Positions 1 through 13,542 are shown, numbered from the stretch's first letter. The stretch is 64,000 bases of DNA from Halocafeteria seosinensis (GCA_001687465.1 LVLI01000040.1:1-64000), one strand, 5' to 3'. Notes: generated by a model from the letters alone, not told the origin. Numbers and translations are program-made.

Positions 1-373
1 GTTGATTTGAACGTCCTGTTTACTCCAATAATGGCCTTGAAACGTTATGGTGAGCGATGTATCCACCGAGCGAGGCGCCAACTGCACTCAAGAATCGATA
101 ACACACTCTTCCTTTTCGCCACAAGTCTTGTGGCCGTAATCTCGCCAGTTATATAATTACCGTGTACACACATTGGTGTAGGCTATATTCGGTTCGCCGG
201 CATGTCATATCTCCTAAGATCGCGTCGTGATGTTGCGAGCTTCACAAACCCTTTCGGATCGCATTAATACACTGTTACACGAATAATAAATGACGTTTGG
301 TCTGTGTGCATCGGAATCATACTCTCTTAGTTACATACAAGGAAACGTGTAAGCGGAGGTCGCTTAAGAAAAA

Positions 374-1925
374 ATGCGGTTGATTGTGCAAGTAGGTGCT
401 GGGAGGAAATACACTGCAGCGCTCGCTACCCTTTCACGCTTCCATGTTACTTCGTGCGCAGGATGATGAGCAGCAAGTAGGACGTTGGGTGGCCGAATAC
501 ATTAAACAGAGAATTCATAAGTTTGATCCTTCCGCGGAAAGCCCGTTTGTCATGGGTAGGAGCGTGTGCATCCGCTGGTATCGATTGCACTTCCTCTAGG
601 ATGACTTCGTTTTCATGCAGGCCTTCCCACTGGGTCTTCGCCCTTGCCAACCTACAAGGTAAGGTTGGTTCTGCAAGTGATGAGATATATATTACAACTA
701 GTTGCACTGCTCTGAAAGGTCTCTACTGCAGAGACTGGTGGAACTCTTCGAAGCAGGAGAACTCAGTTTCAAGCATGTTGTCACTTTCAAGTGGGTTCCA
801 TCAACTATCAAGACATGAGAAAAACAACGGTACTTCATTCACACGTAAACAATATTCTTATTTTTTCCAGCATGGACGAATACGTCAACCTACCGCGAGA
901 TCACCCACAGAGCTACCACACATTCATGTGGAAAAATTTCTTCTCCCAAGTTGACATCGAGTAAGTCGATATAAGAGTTCCAGGAGTGGACTACCCTACT
1001 CTCCCGAATGGTTGCTGGCTAACCTCCCTTTCCTTTGTTCCGTAGCCCCGCAAACGTGAATATGCTGGACGGTAATGCTGAAGATCTTCAAAAGGAGTGC
1101 GATGAATACGAAAAGAAGATTAGAGATTGTGGAGGTATAGAGCTATTCTTAGGTGGAATCGGCCCCGATGGACACATTGCATGTAAGGTAACTTTCTGTC
1201 CTCTTTGCCAGTCTTATACATTACGCACGCTGTTTTCATATCGGGATTAGCAGTCAATGAACCAGGCAGCAGCCTCTCGTCTCGAACACGGATTAAGACT
1301 CTAGCTTACGATACCGTTGTTGCAAACTCGCGGTTCTTTGACAACGATACTTCCAAAGTTCCCAATATGGTAAGGTTGTTTAGTCGGCCTGAGTCAGCAG
1401 CACAATAGTGAGTGCACCGCTGTCGCAGGCTTTGACTGTTGGTGTCGGTACCGTGATGGACGCGAACGAAGTAGTCGTCGTAATCACTGGAAGCCATAAA
1501 GCATTCGCGCTATACAAATGTATTGAAGAGGGGATTTCACATATGTGGACTGTTTCAGCCTTACAGACACATCCTCGAGTAAGAAAGCAACTCTCTCGCT
1601 GGTTGTCTCCTCAGGTCCCCGTAAGTGCGCATTTATGCAGGCATGTATTGTTTGCGACGAAGATGCGACTTTAGAACTACGAGTGAAGACAGTTAAGTAC
1701 TTCAAAGGAATTCAGAAGACAATGAGGGCACTATCCGATCAGTCAATGGCAGGCTACGAGGGAAACGTGAAGGGGCATTTGACGTGTGCGCCAGAAATAG
1801 GAGCCAGGGGAGAAGCAAGTCGACTTCACGAAGACCCAGAAATCAATGAAATAAACGACAGTAGGTCCTCTGTTATCGGTCGTGTCAGTGGTAGTCTGGG
1901 AAAGCGTTCCAAGCGAGAATCGTAG
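374..1925 (+). CDS. GNPDA: Glucosamine-6-phosphate deaminase (8 exons)
   Basis: ATG at 374 (MRLIVQ). Spliced exons read [72 protein letters not shown]/..[45 protein letters not shown]../[22 protein letters not shown]. These are the NagB/GNPDA signatures, joined by GT-AG junctions. Confidence 0.97.
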
Positions 1926-2211
1926 TCGACTTAAGTGAGAGAAGCGCAATTGCACCTTTGTGATTAGCATCATTCACTTTTTCTGGATCAATCGACTTAG
2001 CTAACGTTTCATTGGGAAGACAGAGTCATTTGGCACGGAAAGTCAAGATAGTTAGCATGCCATTTCTGACATTCGGCATGATTCGGGACATAGCTATATA
2101 GTATAACTTCTTACCTGAGGAGGTGCGGTAAACTGACATGAATGTATTGTTACATTAGAATTGCACATGCATCGAACGTAATTCTATATGCTTGTTTTGT
2201 GACGAGAATGA

Positions 2212-4017
2212 ATGATGTCAGTTGGAAGGCGGTATTTGGATCTTAAGGCTCCCGTGTTTGATGTGGTCCCTCTCAAACACGCTGGGCGCCACATACAAGG
2301 GTGCCAGGAAGCCTTTGTTGCCGTAGCCGGAGGAGGTACTACCAAGGCTGGCATGCAGAACGGTCTTGTACGTAATGTGAGCACAGTGTACGTGAATACC
2401 ACGAATTATGGCACTGCTGAGCTTTATTTATGCAGCATGTGGTGGCGTTAGAACCCCTGGAAGACGGCCAATATGCGCTGGCGGAGGCCAATTTCTGTGA
2501 TACAGGAAGTAATTTTTGCACCTCCATTACAGCCAGCCAAGATGTATGTCGTCCCATGTAACTTTCCAGTATGCACATGGGCTGTATGATGTGATGAAGA
2601 TGTGGTATACGTCAAATACAGGGAGGATACTTGGTAGCAGCGTCCCAGCGCAATATTCTGGTATTTAGTTGGCGAAGCAACAAGTACGTACGATACACCC
2701 ATGTTTGTGGGCAAGAGGGGGCACTGTGGCTTCACTCGATTGGTTATGGTGGTTTACAGACTCTTCCAGCTCGGGAGCTACACTCCAGCACTTGTCCATG
2801 ATGTGAACTCTGGCAAGGAAAACGACAACGAGATATCGTGTGTTAGCATCAGCACTCCAAACACGCACGTCGTTTGCGGGGACCACAAAGGAAATGTTTA
2901 TTTGCATAAATGCTATTTTCAACAGCAGCTCATGAAGATGTCACTTGTCTCGAGATTTCAATTCCATTCAGAAGAAATCACATTTCTCGCCTTCGACGAA
3001 AATTCAAATATGGTGCGTCTAATTTCTCAATGTTTTTCGAGACGGTAGAAGTAAATGCAACCAATGTTTCATCTCGGTCTCTGATTTGACTTGCCCTGCA
3101 GATAGGCTGCGGCAGTGCCGATGGGAAGGCAACGCTGTGGAATCCCGTCACAGGTATCTTCCACACTCTACCCAGTATAGCATCTGAACAAATCACAACC
3201 GCCGCTCCACCGAAGAGACCTGGACGACGGAAGCGCATCAATAAGGCTGGCACATGCTCATACCGAGGAGTAATATTCTCATCCAAATGCGTACATTGTT
3301 TAGAAAGTACTCAGTTTGTAAGTTCCACCCGCCAAGAGATATTGGTGGAATCTTCCCTAATTCTATATGTGCGATATTTCGCAACGCCAGGGAGGGGCAA
3401 TAGTGTCAAACTGGATACCGGTGGAGGAAGAAAATGTAGCTACCTACGGCTACGTATCGTCTCGGTCAAGTAGTGCCCGCGATGAGAGGGCAGATGAGCC
3501 AACAGATATCCTATGGGTTGCTCATAAATGGATAGTCTTACAAGGAGGACCAGCCACGTCGATGGCTATAGATACGAGGCAGGAGCTACTGTCGATTGGA
3601 AGGGCAGATGGCAGTGTGTTGGTGCTAGATGCTCTCACGTTGGTGACAATGCACTACACCGAGGAGGTTCACTCGTTCCATATTACAAATCTCGGCTTTA
3701 CTGCTGACAGCTCAATGCTCGTTACGGGCTCCCCCGATTCACAAATGTGCTTACTGGAGCGATCAAAGTTCTCATCAGCCAAGCGCTTTACTTGTTGCAA
3801 CGGCAACTGCTGTGCGGCTGTCGTCCGTTTTATCTCAACGTGCTTGTCCCTCGCCGCTGTGGTTGCGATTTCCATCTGGCTAATCTTGTCCCTTCTCTTG
3901 ATGCTTGGTTTGGTAGACGAGGACACCTATATGAGTATCAATCGAAGCTTTTACTCTATGGCAACAAAGTGGACTGTCGCCTTGATACGGTCATTAAGGC
4001 ACTCAACTGCCCTCTAA
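2212..4017 (+). CDS. Sec12/PREB-like WD40 Sar1 guanine-nucleotide exchange factor (multi-exon)
   Basis: N-terminal VAGGGTTKAGMQNGL resembles the Sec12 K-loop (GGGGxxKxGxxN). Several WD40-like repeats follow (HSEEITFLAF, HSFHITNLGF..LVTGSPD), then one C-terminal TM helix. In-phase GT-AG exons can be assembled at about 2212-2367, 2436-2543, 2622-2683, 2760-3011 and downstream. Confidence 0.75.
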
Positions 4018-4095
4018 GAGTCCGCACCCGACTGGTAATGTAATTCTGTAACGACTGTATGATCTATACCAATAGATGTCTTGGTTTCTGAGGCT

Positions 4096-5656
4096 TCATC
4101 GCAAAGCAAAGTAAGGATCCGCATAGATCGCGTTGGATGGAGTAGCTTCTGTTATTACTTGTTCACCGGAGAATGCATCGTTAGCGTTTGCAATCTCGAC
4201 GTCAAGTTGCTGCTGCAAAGAATTCCCTAACAACTGTTGATCCATTGGATCAGCCTCCGTCTTCTTGCACTTAAACAGTAGCTCTTGAGCTCTTGTATAG
4301 GTGAGCACATATAGCACCGCGTTTACGAACCCCTGGGCTGGTGAAAGGAAGACAAACATGTAAGCTATCCCTGAGGAAGTGAAGCTCCCGTTCGCTGCGT
4401 TCGCAAAATAAGTACAGATAAATGGACCTCACTTTTTTTTCTCAAAGTAAGCTTCTAGTATTCACGTACTTCCATCAGAATGGTAACCTGAAAACATCCT
4501 ATGCCACACCGGGAAAAGCATAATTAGTAGATACACCAACGGGTACAAATATAACTTCTTAAAGACTCTCGTAACGTGTTTCGGATGTCCTCGCTGTCGG
4601 GAGAGTCTCAGTTCTATCTGCACGCAGAGAGGGGTGGAACGCAATAAGCGGTGCACTATCAGAGGGTCCAGACTCACTAAAACACTGGCGTATAGACACA
4701 ATATTGTGATCCAGCTGATAGCTCTAGGAAGATACTCTACATAGTAGGCAGCTTTACGTCCTTCCGGTTCCCCTAGCCTGGTAGACAAGGCCATATGTGT
4801 CTTGATCGCTCTTAGAAAGAATCTGTTAAACAGCAAACGCTTACCAACACAAGGTCCCTGCACACATCGTTCAAAATTGCTTAAAGAGGCTTTAAATTAA
4901 AAGCAAAAGAATACAGTACATACCTGCATTCGTTGTCGAGGAATAATATGCGACTATCGTCGCCGAAATTCCTGGAAACAACCAGCAAACAATGTGGTAC
5001 AAGAAGTACCTGGTTCGACCAAATGTTCCATTCAAGTCTTTGTCTGGTCGTTGGACGAACTGCATCAAGTGCTAAGCGCTAATGCACTCGGAGTCCCCAT
5101 CAGGATATTGAACATGTTGATTGTAACTTACGCGATGCATTTCATAGGCAACCATAAGAGACCAGCAACTAGACGAGAGCGGGAAGTAGGCTGTATCAAC
5201 GCCAACTATGCAGAAGACTCTTTGAGAGGAGGTACGCGTCGGATACGTACATATAAAATAAGCCTGGGTTTTACACGCCTGATTCATATCTTCAAAATGA
5301 TTGGGGATAGCCGCTGAAAGTGCAAACGTTATCCCTTCTCCAAGATTGGCTATGCTAAGCCAGAATATCTGGAACATGTACCCCTCCGCCAGCGCTTTCA
5401 CTCTCTGCAACCAGGCCAAGCCATGCACCGAGGTCGAACAAGGCGCCTATACTTCAAACGCCTCACTTACAAGCTCTACAGGGCTCCAGGGATCGGCTTT
5501 CCACCCTTTCCAGGAAGTTAGTACGTATGTCACCAGAAGTAGACAAGTCCCCATGATGGTGGCAAAGCCCATGACAGCTCCAATGGCTTGTCCGGCCCGA
5601 ATTTGACCTGTCGAAAGACCAACATCTCCGAACCGCTGTTCGCCGAGGGAAATCAT
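4096..5656 (-). CDS. 7-TM GPCR, Dictyostelium cAMP receptor/GCR1-like (paralog 1, multi-exon)
   Basis: Exons give TM1 (AIGAVMGFATIMGTCLLLVTY), IFWLSIANL, CKTQAYFI..FPLSSSCWSLMVAYEM, YHIVCWLFP, NAG-TLCW, KLYLYPLVYLLIMLFP and LSPAQGFVNAVLY. These are typical CAR/GCR1/Git3-class motifs. Confidence 0.85.
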
Positions 5657-6100
5657 CCTAAAGTCGAAATGAATGGTCCAATAGTGGCTTGATAGAGCCA
5701 AAAGTGGCTCTGAGTCTCAGATATCTGGCCGCTCTTCTTCAACTTGGTCTATTTTGGGAGCACCTACCACTATTTCCAATCAGTTGTCTAGAGCACACTA
5801 CTCCAGCAATAAATTCCAGTGCATACCATGAGTTTCACCTGTACCATCCGCTAGAATGCTATCAATAAAGCCCTCCAATCCTTCCGCAAAGCCACCTTCA
5901 CAAGGATCATCCGGGCGCAGCGCCGGGACCGGGACTTCAAAAAGGGAAGCCAAAAGACGCGCGCAGAGGCCTAAAAGTTCGTATACGAGGTATATTGACT
6001 TTTTCTTGTCAGTTTGTGTGTCGTTTCCGATAGACGAGTAGGCGGCAGTCTCACCCTTGTTGTCGGTCTGTACTGGGATTGCTTGGCTGAATTGTTTACG

Positions 6101-8642
6101 ATGTCGGACGTGGAAGGTGAATTGGACTTTTCTAACGGCTGCGGCTGGGAGTCCCGTAAGTTGCTTTTTTCAAAGGTATATAGAGCATTTTCTGTGGATC
6201 TCTTCGTGAAATATTGTCGCCGATATGGTTGCAGATGGATACCCCGAACGCCGGTATTCAATGACATCGGACAGTGGAGCGACTTTCACGGGTGATTTAA
6301 ATGAACTCCTGGATTACCCCGAGGGACGGAATTCAGATGGTGGGGACACGTTCGTCGATGACGAAGAGGAGGAAGGTGGTAATCAAGGTGAATACGGTGG
6401 CTATTCCAATTTACAAGAAGAGAAGGAAAATGATGAGAATGCCGAAGAGAAAACCAATGGGGAATTGGAGAAAACACCCCTGAAAAGTTGCCTGTCAACG
6501 CAACGACATTCCAGAAAACCCAACAAGGTAATGTTTGGACCTCCTAAAGCAGCTGAATTCAACAAGGCCGATCCAGCTTCCAGGATGACCCCTATACATG
6601 GATACAAGTCAAAGGACAACGAATGGTCCGAGGAGGATTCTGATTCGTCGGAATCGGAAGACACAGCGAATAACTCGCGCATCTTAGCCCAGTGGGGAGA
6701 AGAGGAGGAGCAAAATAAACAAAAGAACGGAAGTTCGTCCAGAAAGAAAAAAGAGCAGAAACAACCCAGGGAAAGTTCTATAGGTCCGATGGACTTACAA
6801 ACGCTATTGCAAGAAGAATATGTTGATACAGAAGTCAGCTTCAAGGGAACTCCTACACACAAAATGTCAAAGAACATGATAGAAAAGCTTTCCGACGCAC
6901 GTAGCGCTGACACATCCAATGATGATGATAACACGACCAGAACTTTGGAGAACCTTCAGCAGCTTTTGCAAGAGTGTAATGATGACGACGACGATTACTC
7001 GACAGAGTCCGAAAAGACCCCCGAAAAAAACACAGGCGTTACTAGCGAAGCACATATAAAGAACACGGTTCAGGAAGACAGTGCTCAACAAAGCACTGAA
7101 GGAACCCAACAGGAAACACCCCAGGAAACGAATGGTACACCTCGGAAGGAGAGCCCGCAACAACTTAGTGACGGAGAGGAAACTGATGATGAGCTACAAA
7201 CGTTCCGTCAACAAGAGGACCAACTATTGATGTCGTTCAACATTACTCCTTCGAAACGATCCCGAAGCTCCTCTAGAAAACGCTCACGACAGTCTGCAAC
7301 AAGCACGTCAAAAAATACGACGCCTCAGAAGGAGAGTGTCAAGAAAAGAAAGTCTTTTCAAACTTACTCTAAGAGACAACTGATCGAACACGTGTTGAGT
7401 AACCGCACCGAAGAAATCAAAAACGCTTATGCCGAACACGGCATGACATTTGAGGCTCGCTTCTGGCAGTATCCGACAAAACCGGAAGTGCATATGGTCG
7501 GATGGACAAAAGACATGTTTCAAAAGAAAGTAGACGAGCTAAAGCATTATTCCCAAGATTGCTTTGACCTCATCGATAGAACGGACACAGCGATCAACTT
7601 ATCCCCGGAGGACAATACGGAGTTCCAGAATACCAAAAACCGTCTCGAAAAGCTGAAGAATAAAGCCCAAGAAGTTGCCCAACACAGGCTGAAAGAATGG
7701 ACGGATAAATTCTACTTCAGGTGGGAAAATAGCATGGAAGAATTGTGTTCCGAATACCAAGGGAAAGCAGACAGTCTGAGATCTATGAAAAACGAGCTGG
7801 AAAATACAGAAAACAAGATAAGTGGAGAGATTAGTCATCAAGTAGACGAAAAGGTTAAGGAAGCAGAGAGAGAATATGAACTACATCAGGAGACTGAGAA
7901 AGGCCTTGATAGTAAGATTGCAGAACTCGAGGCACAAATTGCTGAGAAGGAACGCAGCATTAATAATCTGCATGGCCAATCTAAAGATACAGAGCAATAT
8001 ATGCAAGCGGCTAACAAAGCAGCTACTCAACGTGCCCGCTCCATTGCGGTCTGCATTGCGGGTGGTTGGGCCCCACGTGACTCTACTGGTGGTAAGCAGA
8101 TAGAAATGATACCCGCTTACTTTAACAAGTCTATACGCGAAGAGGTTTCCGTTCGTGTTCCCCACGACCTTACAAGAAAGGGGTACAGGAGTCCCCCTGA
8201 TTTGCGGTGGGAACCAACTGGCCGAAATATCGACAACACGTATCTAAGGGAGCTACTGGAACTAGCTATTGGTAAGCGTATTGGAGACAATCTGCGTCAA
8301 TTTTCAAAATCATTGGTGTCTTTCAATGATTTCCTTGATGCTGTACGGAGGGTAAACTCGGAGTTTGAAGTGGACGTACGCCTTCCCACAGCACCTCGGG
8401 AACGCTGCGAAGTAACAGTGTCAATAAGTTCACTCCGGGCAAGACGGAAGGTGCAACTGGTGATCCCTTTGCAAATAAACTATTCGGGCAGGGTGCATTT
8501 CCACTTGAGCGGGTCTCGGATGGTAGACGTTGTTGGAACCAGTGACATCAAGCTTGACTTCCTTGATCGGGACTTGCAGGGATGTCCGCTTCGTGTCGCT
8601 TTCAAAGTATTGGATAAGTTGGAACAGGCTAGGAGGAACTGA
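6101..8642 (+). CDS. Acidic/disordered plus coiled-coil protein, candidate KNL1/Spc105-like kinetochore scaffold
   Basis: Short first exon 6101-6155, intron 6156-6234, then an ~800-aa exon. It has an N-terminal LKSCL..KVMF pair (SILK-like plus RVxF), a long disordered region, a coiled coil and a ~200-aa C-terminal alpha/beta region. The CDS is secure; the KNL1 identity is inferred from architecture only. Confidence 0.5.
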
Positions 8643-8997
8643 ACGAAGCTGACTACAAGCATGTAGGTCCCACCCGAGACAATGCTTTACGGGGTATTGT
8701 GTAGAATTCTATGCCAGCCACTTGTGCGTGTGAAGAAATGAAATGAATGCAACAAGTGTATACACAAGAGACGTGTAATGGCCCATTGTAACAGTTATTT
8801 AGCCATGATTTGACCCCTACCACCATTGGTACAAGTAATACTGCCACATATTTTTCCGCGCCGCTATTGCAACCATGTGCTGCCTGCCGAATGCGTGACG
8901 AGGTTCGATAGCAATGATGAAGATAATAGTAAATGCGAGTGCTACATTAATCGGCATAGACCACATCCATCTAAGTTCATCAAAAACTTGAGACGCT

Positions 8998-10878
8998 TCA
9001 CCAAACGGCATTTTCCATCCATGAGGCAGAGCTATCTTCTTGAAAACGAACCTGATGAGTTTCCGAGAGTCTGGTGAAACGATGGAAGACCACGGTATGC
9101 CATTGAGCGACCACGTCAGGTTTGAGGGCGTAAAATACGATCACTGTCTTTACAGGGCCTGTAAAAACGGCAAGAGGTAAAGCCATACAAACAAAGCCGA
9201 ACACAAACAAGAGGAAGAGGGAAAATGGTTCATCTAAAAGACTTGGTTGGACGATCATACCGAGAAGCATACCACTGAGTCCACACATGTAGCAAGAGAA
9301 CTGCAAGAGTCTTCCAGTGCAATCATCAGCTACAACAGCCTGTGTACCATTCGATACGAGGGCATTCCAAGTCTTCCGTGCTGCCTTAAACCATGGCAGT
9401 TGCCGAGAGGCTACGACCACTATTGTATATCTTTGAGAAAGTCGGATCCACTGCTCAATCCAGCGGAACGCTGACGAGGAGCATTGCTGTACCCATTCTC
9501 TTCTACTCCGGCTGGTAAATCCTCTGAAGATGCGCAGTACGGCCCATAGCAAGGGAGTTGCAAAGCCAACAAGAGAACCAGCAGCAATAGATCCAAGACT
9601 GCTTGTAAGTGAGTAGCGAAGGGCCCGCAGATCGGCTTCAGAACCGTCATTCGAAAAGTATTGCTCGTGTGTTGTCGTTGGCTGCCCCCCATCTTCTCGT
9701 GTTTCTTCTGTTGTGTCCCTCCATTCTTCGTCACTAGGTTGTCTTGAGTCTCTGACACTATCCAGGCTATACACTGGCAAGTGTTGACCATCCATGCTTT
9801 GAGTTGCATGCCTTTCAATCATGTACCCATAGTAAGCGGAGGTGAACGCGCTATAAATCAATTGGATCACGCCTGTAGTCCATCTCAGAGAGAGAAGCAG
9901 ATACATTACAGTAAACACCATACGCGCTGAGGTTTTGCCAGATTCCAGCACGAGTACACATGTGCGCAGCCAAAGCAACAGGTACAACATTTGGATCAAC
10001 AGTAACACTCCACCAAGCCCAGTCAACCTTCTGTAGGAAGCGTAGCTGTCTGAGATAATATCCAAAAACGTGACGGTAAACTTCAGTCTTTGCCTCGAGT
10101 GAATCATCCATAACGTATCTCCAACCGCAATCAGTAAACAAACCGTCCCGAAAAACCAGTTTACATGGTTCTTGAACAACAGCGCTGCAATCGTTATCCA
10201 AAGCACTGTCGACGCCATGTGCGCTCCTCGAAGGAACCGGGACGTGCCGTATTCGGGAGCTAATAGAAGTAGCGTCCAGAGAATAGCAAAGATGGAACTG
10301 AGAACGATAACGAGAGCCCCCACGCCAAAGAATCGTCCAGCTTGCGCCACGTCCATGATGGATTCTGCGCACCAAAGAGCGAAACACAGCACGCGTGATG
10401 GTCCTTTAAAAGGGGTATATGTGCCTCGGAAAGGGGCCAAACGCTTGCACTTACGGCGGCTTGAACCCGGTTCGCTGTAGTAAATGAGCGCCAACACGCC
10501 GAAATGCAGGACAAACAGGACCGTAAATCCGACATTCTGGCATCCACGCGCCCTTGAAACCTGGAATTCGCTCCTCCTAGGGGCCTGATCTGTGCCATCT
10601 TGGGAGGAAGAAGGGCTAGAGGCTCCCAAACCACCCCCTGAAGATGTCGTCTCGGCTTTATCAGAGCGCCCCAGCTCTCCACGAGACATTTCCAAGGTCC
10701 TTTTCGTCACCTCATGCTCCTCCTCCTCTTCTCGCGTCGCCTCTGACGAGGCAGCAGCACCATCACTACCGCCACTGGCAACTGCAGGAGCGGCTGTATG
10801 GTCTTGTGTATCGAATTGATCCGGTTGCGATTCGTGGTGGTCCGTCTCCACCAGAGTCTGGAAGCCATTCGACGCCAT
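8998..10878 (-). CDS. Choline transporter-like (CTL/SLC44/PNS1 family) membrane protein
   Basis: About 10 TM helices with RALRYSLTSSLGSIAAGSLV, WFKAARKTW..L and C-terminal VFYALKP motifs. Probable ATG at 10878, with a probable in-frame 90-nt intron at 10454-10365. Confidence 0.85.
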   Translation of the reverse strand: MASNGFQTLVETDHHESQPDQFDTQDHTAAPAVASGGSDGAAASSEATREEEEEHEVTKRTLEMSRGELGRSDKAETTSSGGGLGASSPSSSQDGTDQAPRRSEFQVSRARGCQNVGFTVLFVLHFGVLALIYYSEPGSSRRKCKRLAPFRGTYTPFKGPSRVLCFALWCAESIMDVAQAGRFFGVGALVIVLSSIFAILWTLLLLAPEYGTSRFLRGAHMASTVLWITIAALLFKNHVNWFFGTVCLLIAVGDTLWMIHSRQRLKFTVTFLDIISDSYASYRRLTGLGGVLLLIQMLYLLLWLRTCVLVLESGKTSARMVFTVMYLLLSLRWTTGVIQLIYSAFTSAYYGYMIERHATQSMDGQHLPVYSLDSVRDSRQPSDEEWRDTTEETREDGGQPTTTHEQYFSNDGSEADLRALRYSLTSSLGSIAAGSLVGFATPLLWAVLRIFRGFTSRSRREWVQQCSSSAFRWIEQWIRLSQRYTIVVVASRQLPWFKAARKTWNALVSNGTQAVVADDCTGRLLQFSCYMCGLSGMLLGMIVQPSLLDEPFSLFLLFVFGFVCMALPLAVFTGPVKTVIVFYALKPDVVAQWHTVVFHRFTRLSETHQVRFQEDSSASWMENAVW

Positions 10879-11724
10879 TGTTACTGTATTCCGGTGCCAC
10901 CACAACTCTCAATTTACACTTGTTATCAATACTTGTTTGTTTGGGGCAAAACGTAACAAATCGGAGGTGAATACCACATGTTGTTGTACCATTGTTAGCC
11001 CGCGGGTCACAGTGCGTAGAAACTTCTTCGAGGTGAGAACTTTGTCAACACAATTAACTTTACTGCTACTCACATGGGACGCAGAAGCGGAGAGCGTTAT
11101 CCAATGGTTTGAATGGTACGCCCCCCCCCCTCCCGGTTGGAAAACTACGAGATTTTGTTCAAGTTTCTCTCCCAGAAAGACTCCTGACTCACGGCGTCTC
11201 CTGGAAACCGCTCGTAAGCGCTCCCTGCAGGCCAGAAACCTGTAATCTTCTTGTTTTTCGCGATCAGGGATGGGATGAGAACGCGCACTTGCCCTGAGGA
11301 AGGGCCAGAATATAGGACGTCATCTTAGTGAAGAGATCCTTCTCAGCGGCTTTCTTGACACACCGGAGAAATATTTCGGGGATCCAGGCTCGATGGTATC
11401 AAAGTAATATGAGCTTCGCATATACGCCGTCTCAGCTTTTGAGCGGTTCCAAAAAGCTTATCTACCCCTGTACTACCGTTGAAATCCATCATCTCAGTCT
11501 TTGGTAGACTCAAATCTGTTTGTTGACTACTCCCACTCACTTTCCTTTGCGCTTCTGCAATTCAAGAATGGCTAGTCGTTGGCAGACGAGAAACTCTTTA
11601 TCCATCCATTCTTACCTACTCCACTGTGCAAATGATACACAGCAGACTCCATGCCATGTCTCAGGCCGATCCATGCAAGTGGAACGACTCGAGGTAAGCT
11701 TAGTTACCAAAATCACGTCACCAA

Positions 11725-13542
11725 TCATGTATCGAAGTCCTCGTCATCAGTATCCGATCCTCTCTCTTGATCAATATAGTACTGGAAGTCGTCATCAAAA
11801 TCATCCGTATCACCATTCAAGGTATTTAAGGAAACGCCATTGTCTTCCTTAGCAGTGCTGCCGTCATGTGGACTTCCTTCGAAATCCAGTTTCCCTTGCT
11901 CCTCTGCTTTCGCCATAATTTCACCGGCATCGTAAAGCACCATTCCTGGGCCCTCTGATACGGTTCCGCGAGCTCTGGAAGTCTTCAATAATTTCCGCCG
12001 AACTCTATCAGGAGATGCGTGGTACCTGTTGCAAATCAACTTTCTAACCTTCCGGTTTGTAGACAAGTACACGATACAATTCAGGAAACCCTGGGCCGGA
12101 GCAGTGGCTGCGGTTGCATATGCCACACCTTGAGAGGCAAACGCTCGATTCTCTGCAAACACAAGAACACACGACGCAAGTAAACTCCTTACTACACATA
12201 GGTACTTTCCGGATCGAAAGACTGAAATTTGGAACGTTAACGTACTGCCCGTCGTTCCGACACCGATACGGTTCAAAAGTTGGAAGATGAAAATGACGAG
12301 GAACACTAGTGGGTAAAGCAGCAGTGCCAGAAGCATATTTCTGATATGGTCACTGGGTGTTCTCCCCTGTTGTTTCACTTCCTTTCTTACTCGCCACTGG
12401 ATTCGCACATAAGCGTTGACTTTGGCCAATGGAAACAATGATGATAGTGGCTTCCAACTTACTCCCATATGAACGTACAGCGCAACAATAAATAGCCACA
12501 ACAGAGCACTCGTGAGATAAATGACGTAAAATGTCGCGTGCAATCCCCCGGCCGGTTCGCGAAACCAGCACCATATTCCTGAAGAAGAAAACTCAAGCAA
12601 ATATCATATATATGAATATAAAAATTAGGGTCGGTATTTCTTGCTTCAGAGGTTGCATACCCGCATTATTCGAGCCCATTATAGGGGCAACGATAAGCAC
12701 CATTACCAAGGGTACACCCCAGGCGACGACATGATACCAGTAGTACCTCTTTCTGGAAAAGTTGCCTTTCCTGTATCCGGAATTACAGTAATAGAGCAAG
12801 CGTCAACTCGAAGCCAACGAGATAGCAGACAATCAAACGGAACCCTTACAGATCCCAATGAGGATAGACTATAAACTGCGGTCAACGCTCAAGAATATTA
12901 ACTCGGGCGCGGATGAAATAGGGCGTAAGTAAGTTCACGTACCCTGTGTAGTTCCATTGCCAGGAATGTCGTCCTGTAGTAGCAACCCCATAGCTCATAC
13001 ATTTCTCCTGTAACGATACAGATCCAAGCACCCGCAACATACCAAAACAACGATGCCACTGGAAAGAAAGCTGCAATCACTAAGCAATCCAGCATCCAGC
13101 AAATGAGTCTTCTCTCTGACCCTCTCTGCTACAGAACTTGCACTGTACATACCAATTCCAACGGTCTGAACCCGGCAGATGGTGTCCACCGTTTGGAAGT
13201 CATCCGCGATTGCGAACCTCGATATCCCATACGTCAGCCCACTGAGCCAGTCGGCGACCGACAACCAAAACAGCTGAAGCATGTATCCTTCCAATATCGC
13301 CTTGATTTTCTGAATTCAAATAGGGTATAGGAAATGGAACCATATCCGTGTTTGACACGGTGGAAGCCGCGTACCTTGACAGCAGTAGCCTGGCCTCGTA
13401 TCCTCCATGAGCCCCATGATGTAGTGATATACGCACCAATAATGACAGTCGCTCCTAGAACGGATGCGAAGCCCACCACGGTAGCAATGGTCTGACCCAC
13501 ATGAATCGAATGGGGCGACGGGATGTTCTCGTCGTCCACCAT
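11725..13542 (-). CDS. 7-TM GPCR, Dictyostelium cAMP receptor/GCR1-like (paralog 2, multi-exon)
   Basis: EGYMLQLFWLSVADWL, CRVQTVGI-AFFPVASLFWY, RYYWYHVVAWGVP, NAG-IWCWF, LLLYPLVFLVIFIF and APAQGFLNCIVY. Collinear with the GPCR at 4096-5656 and shares several of its intron positions. Confidence 0.87.
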
